Origin: an uncultured Planctomycetota bacterium
GTDB taxonomy: Bacteria; Planctomycetota; Planctomycetia; Isosphaerales; Isosphaeraceae
NCBI GenBank assembly: GCA_963737655.1
Contig: CAVTTN010000002.1
Coordinates: forward strand, 5,376,001 to 5,440,000
Reading direction: 5' to 3'
Length of the DNA: 64,000 bases
Below the pieces are notes generated by a model. The model saw nothing but the letters and a program-made list of their open reading frames with translations, ran no database searches and was not told the DNA's origin. Below are positions 63,304 to 64,000 of the stretch, one piece after another. The position numbers and the translations under genes are program-made. Each line of letters opens with the position of its first letter. Within the stretch, counting starts at the first letter, position 1.

Positions 63304-64000
63304 ATGTTCCCCTCCCATCGTCGAGGCTTCCTCCGCTCCGCCGTGGCCGGCTCGGCCCTGATGGGCGGGATCGTCCACGAACTGCTCGCCGGGGACGCCG
63401 ACGACCCGCTCGCCCCGCGCCCCCCGCACTTCCCGGGCAGGGCGAAGTCCGTCATCTTCATCTATTTGAGCGGCGGACTCTCTCACGTCGACTCGTTCGA
63501 CCCCAAGCCGAAGCTCGCGGCCGACCACGGCAAGCAGGTCCAGCTCGACCACCCCGAGGCCCGGGGCCGGCCGGGCTACGAGAAGCTGTTCCTGAAGAGG
63601 CCGGGCTGGGAAGGCTCGCCCCGGGGGGAATCCGGCATCGAGGTCACGAGCCTGTTCCCCGAGATCGGCGGGTGCGTCGATGAAATCTCCCTGATCCGTT
63701 CGATGCATACGAGCCACTCGAATCACTATAACGCCACGCTGGGCATGCATACCGGGTCGTTCACGTTCACCCGCCCGAGCCTGGGGGCGTGGGTCAGCTA
63801 CGGGCTGGGGACCGAGAACCGGGACTTGCCGGCGTTCGTGGTCATCGCCCCGCAGGCGCCTTATGCCGGGACGCAGGTCTGGGCGTCGGACTTCCTCCCC
63901 GGGCGCATCAGGGGACTCGCGTCGTCCCCGGCCCCGACCCGGTGCCGAACCTCGTCCCGAAGGTCCGGGAAGATCGCCAGAAGATCGAGCTGGCGGCGCT
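63304..64000 (+). CDS. DUF1501 domain protein, 3' truncated by the window edge (frameshift at ~63902)
   Basis: RRGFL Tat-like motif; [35 protein letters not shown]. Confidence 0.88.
   Translation, partial: MFPSHRRGFLRSAVAGSALMGGIVHELLAGDADDPLAPRPPHFPGRAKSVIFIYLSGGLSHVDSFDPKPKLAADHGKQVQLDHPEARGRPGYEKLFLKRPGWEGSPRGESGIEVTSLFPEIGGCVDEISLIRSMHTSHSNHYNATLGMHTGSFTFTRPSLGAWVSYGLGTENRDLPAFVVIAPQAPYAGTQVWASDFLPGRIRGLASSPAPTRCRTSSRRSGKIARRSSWRR

Overview
High-GC chromosomal window from a Planctomycete, most likely Isosphaeraceae-like. This rests on two DUF1549/DUF1553 + DUF1501 pairs, DUF1559, three LEPR-XLL extracellular proteins and an ECF sigma-Ser/Thr kinase pair. Housekeeping genes are infC (ATC start), rpmI (extended), rplT, thrS (with an insertion), mdh, yajQ, cutC, uup and cbiMQO. 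They are mixed with signalling genes, a PIN toxin-antitoxin pair and large secreted proteins. I see no rRNA, tRNA, CRISPR array, transposase or prophage. Nine single-base frameshifts, all in short G/C runs, look like long-read sequencing errors. Most notable: (i) an ECF sigma / membrane kinase / double EF-hand protein / di-heme protein cassette whose exported parts share Gly-Pro-rich tracts; (ii) several families of long REP-like hairpins at gene junctions, where the TAG of a GTAG-REP is the stop codon of five genes; (iii) a 44-aa CWPGY microprotein missing as a separate ORF from the track; (iv) a giant surface protein with an intact plus a catalytically dead zinc-protease domain. Family assignments are from motif recognition only; no searches were run.
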